Shown: positions 1-12,810, counted from the stretch's first letter. The stretch: 64,000 bases of DNA from Octopus vulgaris (GCA_951406725.2 OX597815.1:205964001-206028000); one strand, 5' to 3'. Notes: generated from the letters alone by a model not told the origin. Numbers and translations: made by a program.

Positions 1-380
1 CACTCCGTTGGTTACAACGATGAGGGTTCCGGTTGATCCGAATCAACAGAACAGCCTGCTCGTGAAATTAACGTGTAAGTGACTGAGCACTCCACAGACA
101 CGTGTACCCTTAACGTAGTTCTCGGGGAGATTCAGCGTGACACAGAGAGTGACAAGGCCGGCCCCTTGAAATACAGGTACAACAGAAACAGGAAGTAAGA
201 GTGAGAGAAAGTTGTGGTGAAAGAGTACACCAGGGATCACCACCATCCCCTGCCGGAGCCTCGTGGAGCTTTTAGGTGTTTTCGCTCAATAAACACTCAC
301 AATGCCCGGTCTGGGAATCGAAACCGCGATCCTATGACCGCGAGTCCGCTGCCCTAACCACTGGGCCATTGCGCCTCCAC
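1..380 (-). mobile_element. tRNA-derived SINE (head type 1 + tail X)
   Basis: Minus strand starts GGAGGCGCAATGGCCCAGTGGTTAGGGCAGCGG...GGTTTCGATTCC (A and B boxes). The head recurs at 45310-45520 and the tail at 56880-56990 and 59420-59620. Confidence 0.85.
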
Positions 381-389
381 GGATATTGA

Positions 390-1085
390 AATACTGGCAG
401 TACAACTACTGTTCAATGCTCTGTGAACCCTGTGAAGGCTGTAAGACATGGCACAGACAGTTGTGATGAAGACTATGAAACCGTGGTCAGCACAAAAGGA
501 CACAATAGGAATTCTGACTGTGTCCGCATGCTGGGTTTCACCCCCATGTCTTTGAACAGAGCTTTTGTCGCAATTCAGATGATTATGTGAAGCGGCTGGA
601 GAATGTAGTCAGCCTGTGACTGGAGAAGGTTACTGCTGGAAGGCCATATGGGTGGCAGTAGGATTCAACTCCTTGCCATCCCTCCGGAAAATTTAGATGC
701 TGCCATCGGCAAATTTCTATGACTTCACCAGCCCCTATTTCTGGCCTCCTAATTCCCCTGATTGTAATCCTATGCATAACTATGTATGGAGCACAGTTGA
801 GAAACGCTCTAACCACTCTATCTGCAACACCCAGGCCAAGCTGGGGGCCAAGATCAAGGAGGTGTTCAAAGATCTCCCCAGGAGCAAATTAAGGGATGCA
901 TGCACCAGGTTCTGGATCATCTTGAGGCTTTGGTGGTAGATGAGGACAGCTACTTATAGTAAACTGTTATTGCCCAGCCATAATCTAGTTGATATTTATT
1001 GAGGGTTAAACAATTTTGTAGTTGAGGGACATAACCCAATTTTTTTAATGGGGGTGAGATAACCCAAAAGTACCACAAACCCTAC
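390..1085 (+). mobile_element. Decayed, internally deleted Tc1/mariner transposon (DD37D/maT-type transposase relic)
   Basis: Translation gives GRPYGWQ*DSTPCH (frameshift) ...FWPPNSPDCNPMHNYVW, matching the QQDxAPxH and WPPxSPDLNPxD motifs. About 37 residues separate the second catalytic Asp from the third position (mutated to His). Stop and frameshift present. Confidence 0.8.
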
Positions 1086-1674
1086 ATATTGAATAGTGTA
1101 GTGCAGTACCTGGAGAAAGAAATCAGGATGGTCACAGCTGGTTTGTCTTGGATCACAGGTTTCTTCAGTCATGTCTGACTCAGGGCTAAATAGCAACGAG
1201 AGGATACAATACCTCTTTAGTTAATGGAATACTACCTTATCCATTCAACCATTTCCCTCCATTCAACCAGTTCTCTCTTCAAATTATATGTAGTATTTTG
1301 AGAGAAAGAGAGAGAGAGAGAGTATTTTCTAAAATACTTTTATTTTTGAATGGAATATTGTGTTTTCTTTTTCTTTTATGCAGACTATCAAATTTAGCCC
1401 AAACACCCTGTATATGTGTGTGGTGTTGGTTTGTCTATGTCCCTATAATTTAGTCATTCAGTTATAATTTTTATGTTGTAGTTCCTTGAGATACAGAATG
1501 TATTTCGAGGGTTTCCCCGAGAGTAAAACGGCTGAGGAATGTTTAGATAGGGATTTCCTTGTTCTCTCATAAATTGGTGTGGTTCTGTTTGAGTATTGTG
1601 TTATGTATGAGTGTTAGAGGAAGTGGGCGGGGTAAATATGTGTGTATGAATTTTTCAGTTTAAGTGGGAGGTTC

Positions 1675-1990
1675 TTGTATGTTTGTGTGTGTGTGTGTGC
1701 ATGTATGTATGTATGTATGTATGTATGTGTGTGTGTGTATGTATGTGTGTGTGTGTGTGACTGTATGCATGCATACATACATGTATGAATGCTGTGTATG
1801 CATGTATATGTATGTGTATGTATGCATGTATGTTTGTATGCATGCATGTATGTATGTTTGTATGTATGTATGTTTGTTTGTATGTATGTATGTATGCATG
1901 TATGCATGTATGCATGCATGTATGTATGTGTGTGTGTTTGTGTGCATGCACGTAATTATGCATGCATGTATGTAGGTGTGCATGTATGTA
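1675..1990. repeat. Compound (TG)n/(TATG)n/(CATG) microsatellite
   Basis: Direct inspection. Confidence 0.95.
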
Positions 1991-2187
1991 CACACCTCTG
2001 TCAGAGGTGGAAAATTTGAGTTGAGAAGTACCAAGAGTTTTAACCAGAGGTACCATAGAATGATATGGAGAGAGTAAGTCATCAGACAGAAATCTGAATG
2101 GATCTACTTGACACATCTCTACTCTAATTATTTAAACCTGCTTCCTTAATCAGTGACTCGGTCATTCTCTTGCTATCAATTCAATCT

Positions 2188-2620
2188 AAAGCAGTGAACT
2201 GGTAGAATTTTTAGCCCAATGGGGAAAATATTTTTAATGACATTTCATATCTGTCTTCACATTCTTAGTTCAAATTCTGTGAAGGTTAGCTTTGCCTTTC
2301 ATTCTATCGGGGTTGATAAAATAAGTGCCAGATGAACACTGGCATTGATGTAATTGACTTACCCTACTCATCCCCGAAATTGCTGGCTTTGTGCCAAAAT
2401 TTGAAACCAATATTAATTTGATTTAAGGCAGCAAGCTGACACAATTATTAGCATGCCGGGCAACATGCGTAGTGACATTTTGTCCATCTTTACTTTCTGA
2501 GTTCAAATTCTGCTAGGTCAACTTTGGTTTTCATACTTCTGGGGTCAATAAAATAAGTGCTAGTTAAACACTCTCTCTGCCAAGATTGGTGGCTTTGTGT
2601 CAAAATTTGAAATCAATATT
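2188..2620 (+). mobile_element. Two tandem diverged SINE family B copies
   Basis: Each has gagttcaaattc...ctttgcctttcat...ggggt(t/c)gataaaataagt and a ttgtgccaaaatttgaaa tail. Confidence 0.75.
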
Positions 2621-2622
2621 AA

Positions 2623-2845
2623 CCCTTTCGTTACTGTATTTATTTTGAGATGCTCTGTGTTTCTTTCAATTACTTTAAATATAACAAAGAATTTAGTAAA
2701 ATAACTTAGTTATCATTCAGCTAGTGATAGGAACATAAATTGTGACTAAGGTTTGGTGGTAAATTTTAATTCAAAACTAATGAAAACAAGACATTTGTAC
2801 TACAGAGAGTCAGAGCCGGTTTCGGCCGGATTGGTAACGAAAGGG
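2623..2845. mobile_element. piggyBac-like MITE
   Basis: TIRs CCCTTTCGTTAC / GTAACGAAAGGG, flanked on both sides by TTAA (2619-2622, 2846-2849). Second copy at 19993-20213. Confidence 0.9.
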
Positions 2846-2989
2846 TTAATTCAATATTTTAGTTTTGTCAGCCTCATTATTTCTCTACTCTGTCTTGTTG
2901 TTTGATAAGAGATTTCATCTGAGAGTGTTGTGTGTGTTGGAAGTTAAAAGTAGTTTGGGTGATTTACCAGTAAATAATTGTAGATATTA

Positions 2990-3457
2990 AATCGAAATCA
3001 AAATCGAAATCGAAATTGAACCAATCCTATGACTGGCACCCGGCAGATGCCAGGACCCCTGGACTGGTGGTACGTAAAAAGCACTATCCGAATCGTGGCC
3101 GTTGCCAGCGCCGCCTCGACTGGCTTCCATGCCAGTGGCATGTAAAAAGCACCATCCGAATCGTGGCCGATGCCAGTGCCGCCTCGACAGGCTTCCGTGC
3201 CGGTGGCACGTAAAATGCATCAATCCGACCATGGCCGTTGCCAGCCTCGCCTGGCACCTGTGCAGGTGGCACGTAAAAAGCACCCACTACACTCACGGAG
3301 TGGTTGGCATTAGGAAAGGCATCCAGCCGTAGAAACATTGCCAGATAAGACTGGAGCCTGGTGCAGCCATCTGGCTTCCCAGATCCCTGGTCGAACCGTC
3401 CAACCCATGCTAGCATGGAGAACGGACGTTAAACGATGATGATGATGATGATGATGA
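2990..3457 (+). mobile_element. RTE-tailed non-autonomous retroelement (family D) with ~4 tandem ~70-bp internal units
   Basis: Repeated gccggtggcacgtaaaaagcacc units, then gtggttggcattaggaaaggcatccagccgtagaa and the 3' end ccgtccaacccatgctagcatggagaacggacgttaaa(cga/tga)n. Confidence 0.8.
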
Positions 3458-4011
3458 AACCCCTAGATCTGGTCTGATTGAGCAGAACTATGATCAATGG
3501 CGTTCCACACATATGACCACTTCATCTTATTTTCAGACGTAATTGTTATAATGTAAGAGGAATAATGATTTTGTGCTCAAACAATAATTTTAGAAATGAA
3601 CAAAGAAAACATTGCAACAATTCCAAATCGAAGTGCAAAATGGTGAACTGTAACTTCAATTGTCCATAATGCAAAACGAACCATCTGTACCACAGAAAGT
3701 GTGCTAAGGCAACAAGAGTAACTCCACAACAATGAGTCGATGTATATCTCGCATCATCTGGTAAAGTCCATAAAGTGTCCCCTCAGACGAATCGATGTAC
3801 GATGGATTGAATAATAAATGATGTGGGAGTGAAAACATCACATGATAGAATCATGTCCGCTGATTGGATAACACTTAATAAACGATATTTTGTGTTGGGA
3901 CAACTTGAGTTGTCTCGATAATATATATCAGTAGCTGATAACGATGAAGATAATGCTGATGGGGTTTGGGGGGGATGATGGGGTTTGACGATGGGGTTTG
4001 AGGTGATGATG

Positions 4012-4228
4012 GGGCTGGCAGAAACATTAGCACGCCAGGCGAAATGCTTAGCGGTATTTCGTCTGTAAGTTCAAATTCCGCCGAGGTTGACTTTGCCTTT
4101 CATCCTTTCGAGGTCGATAAATTAAGTACCAGTTACGCACTGGGGTCGATGTAATCGACTTAATCTGTTTGTTTGTCCTTGTTTGTCCCCTCTATGTTTA
4201 GCCCCTTGTGGGTAATAAAGAATTAGGT
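4012..4228 (+). mobile_element. SINE family B (tail variant gccccttgtgggtaataaagaa)
   Basis: gctggcagaaacattagcacgcc head and gactttgcctttcatcctttcgaggtcgataaattaagtaccag core. Confidence 0.85.
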
Positions 4229-4538
4229 GCTGGTGGTGGTGGCGGTGATAATGATGCTGATGGTTGTAGTGTTGGTATGGTGGTAGTGATGATGGTGGCA
4301 GTTTGATGATGGTTATGTAATGGTGGTGGTGGTGGGTAACGGTTATTATCATGATGATGATGATGAATTCTAATCTAGACACAAGTCCTAAAGCAAGAGT
4401 AAAGTGCTGATCATATCAACCCTGATACTTAACTGGTACTTTATTTTTGTCAACCCTACAGTCTAGACAGCTCCCTGCTAGCCATTTCCCACCCACGCAA
4501 GCATGGACGGCAGACATTAAAAGATGATGATAATGATA

Positions 4539-4947
4539 TAGGCGCAGGAGTGGCTGTGTGGTAAGTAGCTTGCTAACCAACCACATGGTTCCAGGTTCAG
4601 TCCCACTGCGTGGCATCTTGGGCAAGTGTCTTCTGCTATAGCCCCGGGCCGACCAATGCCTTGTGAGTGGATTTGGTAGACGGAAACTGAAAGAAGCCTG
4701 TCGTATATATGTATATATATATATGTGTGTGTGTGTTTGTGTGTCTGTGTTTGTCCCCCTAGCATTGCTTGACAACCGATGCTGGTGTGTTTACGTCCCC
4801 GTAACTTAGCAGTTCGGCAAAAGAGACCGATAGAATAAGTACTGGGCTTACAAAGAATAAGTCCCGGGTCGATTTGCTTGACTAAAGGCGGTGCTCCAGC
4901 ATGGCTACAGTCAAATGGCTGAAACAAGTAAAAGAGTAAAAAAGAGT
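4539..4947 (+). mobile_element. SINE family A (tRNA-derived, internal TA/TG microsatellite, GTAAAAGA tail)
   Basis: ggcgcaggagtggctgtgtggtaag (A box), ggttcagtccc (B box), CORE-like cttgggcaagtgtctt. More than 15 near-identical copies in the window. Confidence 0.9.
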
Positions 4948-5227
4948 ATGATGAGAAGGATGAAAGACAAATTGACTGTCTTTTCTGTTCCTCTTCAGTT
5001 AGATCCCTGCCCCTTCAGCTCTGCCTCTTATACTTCCCTGGGAGAAAGGACTTCTTTTCCCAAGCCTTGTTGGCTTTGAATTGTTATCAATGTTTCTGTA
5101 ACTTTACCCTTCTTCTAGGTAGGGATGTTGGCCCTATGCTAACCCATTTTTACTTCTGGTCTCTGTACTTTGACTTGTGCAGCACGGGAGGCCCTACCAG
5201 GAGCTTGTACTCCACTGGCATAGCTTG

Positions 5228-5352
5228 ATAATGATGATGATAATAATAATAATAATGATAATAATAATAATAATAATAATAATAAGAAGAAGAAGAAGAA
5301 GAATAACAATAATAATAATAATAATAAGAAGAAGAAAAATAATAATTATTAT
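5228..5352. repeat. (TAA)n/(GAA)n microsatellite
   Basis: Direct inspection. Confidence 0.95.
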
Positions 5353-5461
5353 TATACATCATTAATTGGCATTTGTGTGTGTGTATGTGTGTGCATGTAT
5401 ATTGCCAAAGGGTTACAATACACTAGCATATTGGACGAAAATACCTTGTGGTGAGCTAGAA

Positions 5462-5698
5462 AAGGCGGTGAGCTAGCAGAATCGTTAGCACACCGGGTGA
5501 AATACTCAGCGGTATTTCATCTGCTGTTATGTTCTGAGTTCAAATTCCGCCAAGGTCGACTTTGCCTTTCATCCTTTCGGGGTCGATAAATTAAGTACCA
5601 ATCACGCACTGGGGCCGATGTAATCGACTTAATCCCTTTGTCTGTCCTTGTTTGTCCCCTCTGTGTTTAGCCCCCTGTGGGTAGTAAACAAATAGGTA
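5462..5698 (+). mobile_element. SINE family B, full length
   Basis: aaggcggtgagctagcagaatcgttagc ... gagttcaaattcc ... ccccctgtgggtagtaaacaaatagg. Confidence 0.88.
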
Positions 5699-5852
5699 TT
5701 TATTTCCTGCAAGTTACTTAGTCATTTGAAAAACAGACACTGATAAAATAAGTACTAAAAACTCCTGAAGACAATGCCGTGGTCAAAGCGAATCTAGAAA
5801 AAGACAAAAAAAATATGATTATAAGAATACTGTGCCAACCATCTTAACAATA

Positions 5853-6300
5853 ACCATTTCTATTATAGGCATAAGGCCTGAAATTCTTGGGGAGGGGGGG
5901 GGCAGTCGATTAGATTGACCCTAGCACACAACTGGTACTTAACTTATTGACCCTGAAAGGGTTAAAGGTAAAGTTGAACTCAGAACGTACAGACGAACTA
6001 AATGCCTATTTCTTTATTGCCCACAAGGGGCTAAACACAGAGAGGACAAACAAGGACAGACAAACGGATTAAGTCGATTATATCGGCCCCAGTGCGTAAC
6101 TGGTACTTATTTAATCGACCCAGAAAGGATGAAAGGCAAAGTTGACCTCAGCGGAATTTGAACTCAGAACGTAACGGCAGACGAAATATGGCTACGCATT
6201 TCGCCCGGCATGCTAATGATTCTGCCAGCTCGCCGCACTAAATGCCACTAAGCATTTTGCCCACCATGCTAATGGTTCTGTCAGCTCATCACCTTCTTCC
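5853..6300 (-). mobile_element. SINE B nested inside an older SINE B
   Basis: Inner copy 6007-6236 flanked by 10-bp TSD ACTAAATGCC (5997-6006, 6237-6246). Confidence 0.85.
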
Positions 6301-6689
6301 TAATAATAATACTATTGGCATATTAGAATTTGAAATTTTATTGGAAACACTCTTTAGAACAAAAGCCATAATCCTTCAGCTGCTTCCCCAATTTTTAACC
6401 TAATTACACACATAAATCAGTTTAGTTACTGTACAGTCATATTATTTTCAAACATCTGTTAGTAACTATCATTAGTTTAGCATAACCACTGAAATAAGTC
6501 TTCTAACTATTGATTTTTTTTTTAAAAATGAACCTGGATACAAAATTATAAAACTCATGCCATGTATTTAACTGAAAATCTGCTGAATTTATAAATAATT
6601 CACAAACATAAAAACAAAAAAAAAATTAGAAACAGGTTCCTTGTTTTCATAATTGTGCAGAGAACACAAAGGAAGAACCTGTGTCAACG

Positions 6690-6905
6690 GTAAGTACCTA
6701 TGGCAGAGGAAGACTGAATATTAAACTTGAGAAGTAGTACTGAAGTCAGATCTAAAGATGCTGAGCTTCACTGATGGCATGACAAAAGATAGAAGATGAG
6801 CAACATCTTTATCTTTCGTCACGCTCTTTATCTTCCATGCTTGGATAAAGATGTATAGCTGCTCCATCCAAGCATGGAAACAAGAGGCTATTAAATCTTG
6901 ACAAT
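6690..6905 (+). mobile_element. Old RTE-clade LINE 3' end fragment
   Basis: Translation YGRGRL...EVVLKSDLKMLSFTDGMTKDR resembles the RTE C-terminus, followed by a caagcatggaaa...ttaaa tail like family D. Confidence 0.55.
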
Positions 6906-7072
6906 GATAACCTTAACATTGAAATAACAACCATGAAACAAGCTCTTTGTTAATCAAAATGCTGTTGTCTTCTTTCATTAGATTCTAAGTGAGGTGCTTT
7001 TTGTTTGATGTTACATATAAACGATTTCGCCCACCCCCTCTAAATTTGCTATATCTATTAGGTGACTCAAAA

Positions 7073-7288
7073 TACTCTTTCTCTTTACTCTTTTACTTGT
7101 TTCAGTCATTTGACTGTGGCCATGCTGGAGCACCGCCTTTTAGTCGAGCAAATCGACCCCGGGACTTATTCTTTGTAAGCCCAGTACTTATTCTATCGGT
7201 CTCTTTTGCCGAACCGCTAAGTGACGGGGACGTAAACACACCAGCATCGGTTGTCAAGCAATGCTAGGGGGGACAAACACACACACAT

Positions 7289-7331
<43 letters not shown>

Positions 7332-7497
7332 TACGACAGGCTTCTTTCAGTTTCCGTCTACCAAATCCACTCACAAGGCATTGGTCGGCCTGGGGCTATA
7401 GCAGAAGACACTTGCCCAAGATGCCACGCAGTGGGACTGAACCCGGAACCATGTGGTTGGTTAGCAAGCTACTTACCACACAGCCACTCCTGCACCT
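7073..7497 (-). mobile_element. SINE family A
   Basis: Reverse complement of 4539-4947. Confidence 0.9.
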
Positions 7498-7882
7498 ACA
7501 TAGCATATTTATTCATTTATCACACATTTTCTCAGAAAGCAAAGAAAGCATCTGCTTATGAAATTACTGTTTTAAACACATTTTCCCCAATTCGTTGCAG
7601 TTGTTACAAGGGAGATCATCCTTTCTTCCTAATATTTGGTGTGGATTTGAAATTAGGGAATTATATGAAAAAGTGTTTAGAATTTATTTACTTATCCTTT
7701 TTGTTTTGTTTTGTTTCCTTAATACTACGCTCTTAAAACTGTTAGTGGTAACCATCATGATATTTCATTCCCGTTTGAAATCATCAGAATGATATAACCT
7801 TTCTCTTTACTATCACTGTTCTCAGTTACTACACTGTTTGTATCCGTTAGTGTTTGGAATTGTATATAGTTATATTTGAGAT

Positions 7883-8140
7883 GTGGAGGCACGTGGCTTA
7901 GTGGTTAGGATGTCAGCATCATGATTGTAAGATTGTGGTTTCAATTCCTGGACCGGGCGACGTGTTGTGTTCTTGAGCAAAACACTTCATTTCATGTTGC
8001 TCCAGTCCACTCAGCTGGCAAAAATGAGTAACGTTGCGATGGATTGGCATCCCGTCCAGCTGGGGAACACATACGCTATTGAAACTGGGAAGCCGGGTCC
8101 ATGTGCCTGGCTAGGCTTTAAAAGGGGGCATTTATTTTTA
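7883..8140 (+). mobile_element. tRNA-derived SINE family C
   Basis: ggaggcacgtggcttagtggttagg (A box), ggtttcaattcc (B box), ttcttgagcaaaacactt, gcgatggattggcatcccgtccag. Sister copy at 38846-39103. Confidence 0.88.
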
Positions 8141-8249
8141 TACTTGGGATAAAATGTGAACACTCTACTTGTAAGCCTCACTCCCTCTAATGAAAAGTGT
8201 GACTTGCCACTATACAAATCATTTTGACAACTATGAAGCATACTCAATG

Positions 8250-8870
8250 ACTGTCATAACAGTATCATCATGAATGCTACAATGATAAAGGAATTGCTCT
8301 TAAAAGAAGCAACTATAGAGGTGTCAAATTGATGGCTATGTAACACAACTTATTAGGAAAGGAATTAGCTAAATGTAGGTGTAAATGAATTGTTTGTAAG
8401 AACCATACAACCCATGCTGAGAGATATCATGATGTCATCAGCAAAACGAGAGATGACAGTGGCTCGAGCAAAGAATTAAGCAAGCCAATATATGTCTACT
8501 AGAGCTTGGATTTCAGTTCTGTCCCTGTTTATAATAGTTCTCCAGTCCATAACAAAAGGTCATAAAACTAAATGTCTCTGAAAACTCCTGTATGCCAATG
8601 ACCTAATTATCGTAGATGAATCTGTCAAAGACTTGAAGAAGAAAATTCAAACATGGCAGCGACGTTTAGGATTAACAGGCCTCAAAATAAACCTAGCAAT
8701 GACGAAAGTTCTAGTTAGTAGAACAGATGACATGACTTTACTGCTATCTGGGGAGTGATCATTGTCGATATACAGGACAAAAGGAAGATGAAATTCCATA
8801 CAATGTCTCCTGTGTAAACTATGTGGATGAGAGTGAAAGGAAAACTTTGTATGCAAAAGAGGTGTAGTGC
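8250..8870 (+). mobile_element. Decayed RTE-clade LINE reverse transcriptase fragment
   Basis: 8582 onward translates KLLYANDLIIVDESVKDLKKKIQTWQRRLGLTGLKINLAMTKVLVSR (YADD box mutated to YAND). A degenerate SVLS-LFIIVLQ motif lies upstream. Confidence 0.8.
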
Positions 8871-9439
8871 AATAAAAGCAGGAAGATGAAAATCTATTTA
8901 ATTATTATTTCATGAGTTTTATTCTGAACGTACAACATAGCATATTCGGAACATAAACCTTTGAAACCAACAGATCTTATCTCTAAACCACTTTATCACT
9001 ATAAAAGCCATAATGTCTAACTATACATTCAAATTTGCTACTTTACAGTAGGACGGACGGACAGTGAAAATGAGAAAGTGAGAATTTCATAAAATGGCTT
9101 ATAAAAAAAAAATGTGATTATAAAATTAGTTTTTAACTATGAAGTTATCTTATCACACCCGATGAAATCAGAAGCCTGAGTTCATTAAAATATTAATTTT
9201 GAGGGATGAGAAATTAATCAATAAAATAAATTAACACCAGTAGAGACATTTTCTGTAACCATAACTCCTCTCTTTCTTTCTCCTTTGTAAGCTAATACAG
9301 CAAATGTTGTGTGTGGTGCTATATATGGTATTGTCTTATAAATTCTTTTAAAATTTTGTTTTTAACTCTCCACCTCTCTTTCTTTCGCACCTCCTTCATT
9401 TTCTTCGCCTTTCTTTTTCCTTTTTCTTTCTTTTTCCTT

Positions 9440-9850
9440 TTTCTTTCTTTTTCCCTTTTTCTTTCTTTTTCAATTTTCTTTTTTCTTTTCCTTTCTTTCT
9501 TTCACATTCTTCCTTTCTCTTTCTTTCTTTCTTTTTCAGTTTTCTTTTTTCTTTTCCTTTCTTTCTTTCACATTCTTCCTTTCTCTTTCTTTCTTTCTTT
9601 TTCAGTTTTCTTTTTTCTTTTCCTTTCTTTCTTTCACATTCTTCCTTTCTCTTTCTTTCTTTCTTTCTTTTTCAGTTTTCTTTTTTCTTTTCCTTTCTTT
9701 CTTTCACATTCTTCCTTTCTCTTTCTTTTTCGATTTTCTTTTTCCTTTTTCTTTCTTTCTTTCACATTCTTCCTTTCTCTTTCTTTCTTTCTTTTTCAAT
9801 TTTCTTTTTCCTTTTTCTTTCTGTCTTTCACATTCTTCCTTCCTCTTTCT
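9440..9850. repeat. Pyrimidine-rich minisatellite, ~60-bp unit, ~6 copies
   Basis: Unit ...ttttcagttttcttttttcttttcctttctttctttcacattcttcctttctctttc... recurs. Confidence 0.85.
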
Positions 9851-10334
9851 CACTCTCTCTCTCTCTCTTCACATTCTTTCTTCCTCTTTCCACAGTGTTT
9901 CTCCTTCTTTCTCTTCCTTTCTTTCACTCTCACACATAAAGGAAGCATTTGAAGATACAATGGATTGATTTATGAAGACATAGCCAGGAAGGGTTACAAG
10001 ACACTCCTTCCTGTTTTCTGCCACAAAGTAAAAGGTACCCACCCATGAATAAGCGAACACTCAAAGACAGCAACACACATACTTGCAGATATACATTTCA
10101 ATTAGAAAATCTCTTTATGTACAAATTTAATTTAAATACCATACATGTTTAGTGTGTGCACGTGTGCATGTGTGTGTGTGTGTGTACGTGCTTGCATGCA
10201 TGTACGTCTTTCTATGTGTGTATGTGTTATAAGAATCCAAGAAATTAGATTAGATTTGACAATTTTGTAAAGACAACCACTGAAACTTGAACTTAGAAAG
10301 CTGAGGCACGTCAATAGAGAATTTCAATCTACTG

Positions 10335-10755
10335 CCCCCTGATCCTGCTCATGCCTCTCCTCCCCCTCATCGCCCTCTCCCTCTTCCTCCTCGTCCCCTT
10401 CCTGCATGCCCCCTTCCTCCACGTCCTCATCCTCCTCATCCTTTTCCTCCTCGTCCTCTTCCTCCTCGTCCTCTTCCTCCTCGTCCTTTTCCTCCTCCTC
10501 CTCTTCCTCCTCATCCTCTTCCTCCTCATCCTCTTCCTCCTCGTCCTCCTCATCCTTCTCCTTTACTTCCTCTTCCTCATCGTCGTCGTCCTCCTCCTTT
10601 TCCTCCTCCTCCTCCATCTTCCTTTTCTTTCTTGCTTCTGCCTCTTCCTCCCCTTCTGTCTTCTTTTTTCTCTTCCTCCTCAATCTTTCTTTTTCTTCCT
10701 TCCTTCCCCTCCTCCCTCTTTTCCTTTTTATTCCTTCCTCCTCCTCCTCTTCCTT
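10335..10755. repeat. (TCC)n-type low-complexity tract
   Basis: Direct inspection. Confidence 0.95.
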
Positions 10756-10794
10756 AAAATTGACGATGAAGATGATTTTGGGGCAATCCCAATA

Positions 10795-11227
10795 ATTATG
10801 ATTAGAAGGGTTGTGCCTGTGGCGTTGACCTCAGTGCTCAATTTAGTTCTTCATTTTGTCAACTTTGAAATGATGAATGACAAAATTGACTTCAGCAGAA
10901 TTTGAACTTAGAGCATAAAAAGACGGAAGAAATGCTTCTAGGCATTTTCTTTGCTGTGATAATGATTCTACCAGCTTGCTGCCTTAACAACAATAATAGT
11001 AATAATAATAGTAATAATAATAATCCTTTCACATTAGGTATAAAGCTTGAAATTTTGAGGGAGGGTTAAATTGATTACATCAACCTCAGTACTTGACTGG
11101 TATTTATGTTAGCGATCCCGAAAGGATGAAAGGCAAAGTCAGTCTCAGTGGAATTTTGATTCAGAACATAAAATGCTACTAAGCATTTTGTCCAGTACAG
11201 TAGCAATGCTGTTAGCTCTCTGCCTTA
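10795..11227 (-). mobile_element. Two diverged SINE B copies separated by (TAA)n
   Basis: gaaaggatgaaaggcaaagtc..., gaatttgaact and ctaccagcttgctgcctt motifs. Confidence 0.7.
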
Positions 11228-11233
11228 ATAATA

Positions 11234-11510
11234 ATGATGCAGTACCAGGCAGTGGCTCTCATGGATTCTGATCTTAACTGATTGGAAGTGTTATCATGTA
11301 CATTGATTTGTCTTGGTATAAAAGATGGACTACAGAAAATATTCTGCTCAATACTGCAGATTTGTTTGTCAGTTGCTTGACTGTAACCAGTTGAGCATGT
11401 CCCTTAGTGGCTGATGATATGTGCATCTCTAGTCATGAGCAGAAGTAGTGGGGAAACATCATAGCCATATGTTGAGAGGAATTCTTTGGAGTTTGAATAA
11501 TTCACCTCTG
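11234..11510 (+). mobile_element. Family F non-autonomous element, 5' part, inserted next to (TAA)n
   Basis: Reverse complement of 23030-23300. Confidence 0.8.
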
Positions 11511-11621
11511 ACTGGCTTCCGTGCAGGTGGCACGTAAAATGCACCAATCTGACCGTGGCCGATGCCAGCCTCGCCTGGCACCAGTGCAGGTGGCACGTAA
11601 AAAGCACCTACTACACTCACG

Positions 11622-11973
11622 GATTCCTAACTACTCCCACATTTTGCGGTGCAGTTTAACCAAAAGCGGGTATCTTATAGTCGTGATTCATATCGAGCCC
11701 ATCTGGGTATTAGCGCGCGTCTACGATGAGTCTACGATTTAAAAAAAATTTATCATCATTTTTTCCATTTTTAATGCATTTTTTTTGCTATTATATAAGG
11801 GAAGTAACTCTAAAAATGTCTACGATGAGTCTACGATTTAAAAACAAATTTACCATCATTCTTTTCCATTTTTAATACATTTTTTTGCTATTATATAAGG
11901 GAAGTAACTCTCTAAAAATGCTTATATAGTTATATCCCTTACAAACCCGAGCAACGCCAGGCGATACTGCTAG
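11622..11973 (+). mobile_element. Non-autonomous Helitron, 5'-truncated, with ~100-bp internal tandem duplication
   Basis: 3' hairpin cccgagcaacgccaggcg then CTAG|T. Same family as 60764-61143. Confidence 0.85.
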
Positions 11974-12589
11974 TACTTGATATAAAGCTGTTTTCAAAAA
12001 GTAAAGATAATATGTATCAATAGTCTGGATTTTCTGGTGATAAGTTATAAGTTATAATATCCTCAATGAACACTAAATGAGCTAACAAGACTAGACAGGA
12101 AAATAAGAGAAATAATTACTGTGTTTAGAATGTAGCAGCCAAAATCTGACAGATTGTATTTATCTTGATTACAAGAAGATAGGGTCTTACACAAATAGAA
12201 AACTATTATAAAATATACACTGGAGGATTAAAGAAAGAAGTGTCTAGTAAAGAATAATGAAAAACTAATACAAATAACTAAAATGAAATGTTTCAGAGAT
12301 GTACTTGCCAAGCAAGTGATTTGATCTGAGACCATATGCTGAAGCTAAAATAATTACAGCATGGAAGACACACATTAGCCATCCAAAACACACAAAGACT
12401 TAATTTTACATAAACATTTATTATTTGGTATCAAAACTTTCCTCACACTAACTGCAGCCAGGTCATTGACATGGCTCCACTACAGTCTCTTCCATTTAAT
12501 TGTTAAAACTACATGAATACATCGAAAATCATTTTCCTGTCTTCAAGGAAGACAGCAAATACAATTGTAGTCTGAAATGACGGAGAATT

Positions 12590-12810
12590 TTACTCTTTTA
12601 CTCTTTTACTCTTTTACTCTTTTACTCTTTTACTTGTTTCAGTCATTTGACTGCGGCCATGCTGGAGCACCACCTTTAGTCGAGCAACTCGACCCTGGGA
12701 CTTATTCTTTGTAAGCCCAGTACTTATTCTATCGGTCTCTCTTTTGCCGAACTGCTAAGTGACGGGGACGTAGACACACCAGCATCGGTTGTCAAGCACT
12801 GCGAGGGGGA

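Noticed and set aside
290-380. tRNA genes (also at 7883, 38347, 42470, 44446, 56738, 59296)
   Set aside because: A/B boxes are present but acceptor and anticodon stems are imperfect and each continues into a SINE body. These are SINE heads.
3016-3290. CRISPR-like repeat-spacer array
   Set aside because: Spacers are homologous to each other, repeats are degenerate, there are no cas genes, and the context is a eukaryotic retroelement.
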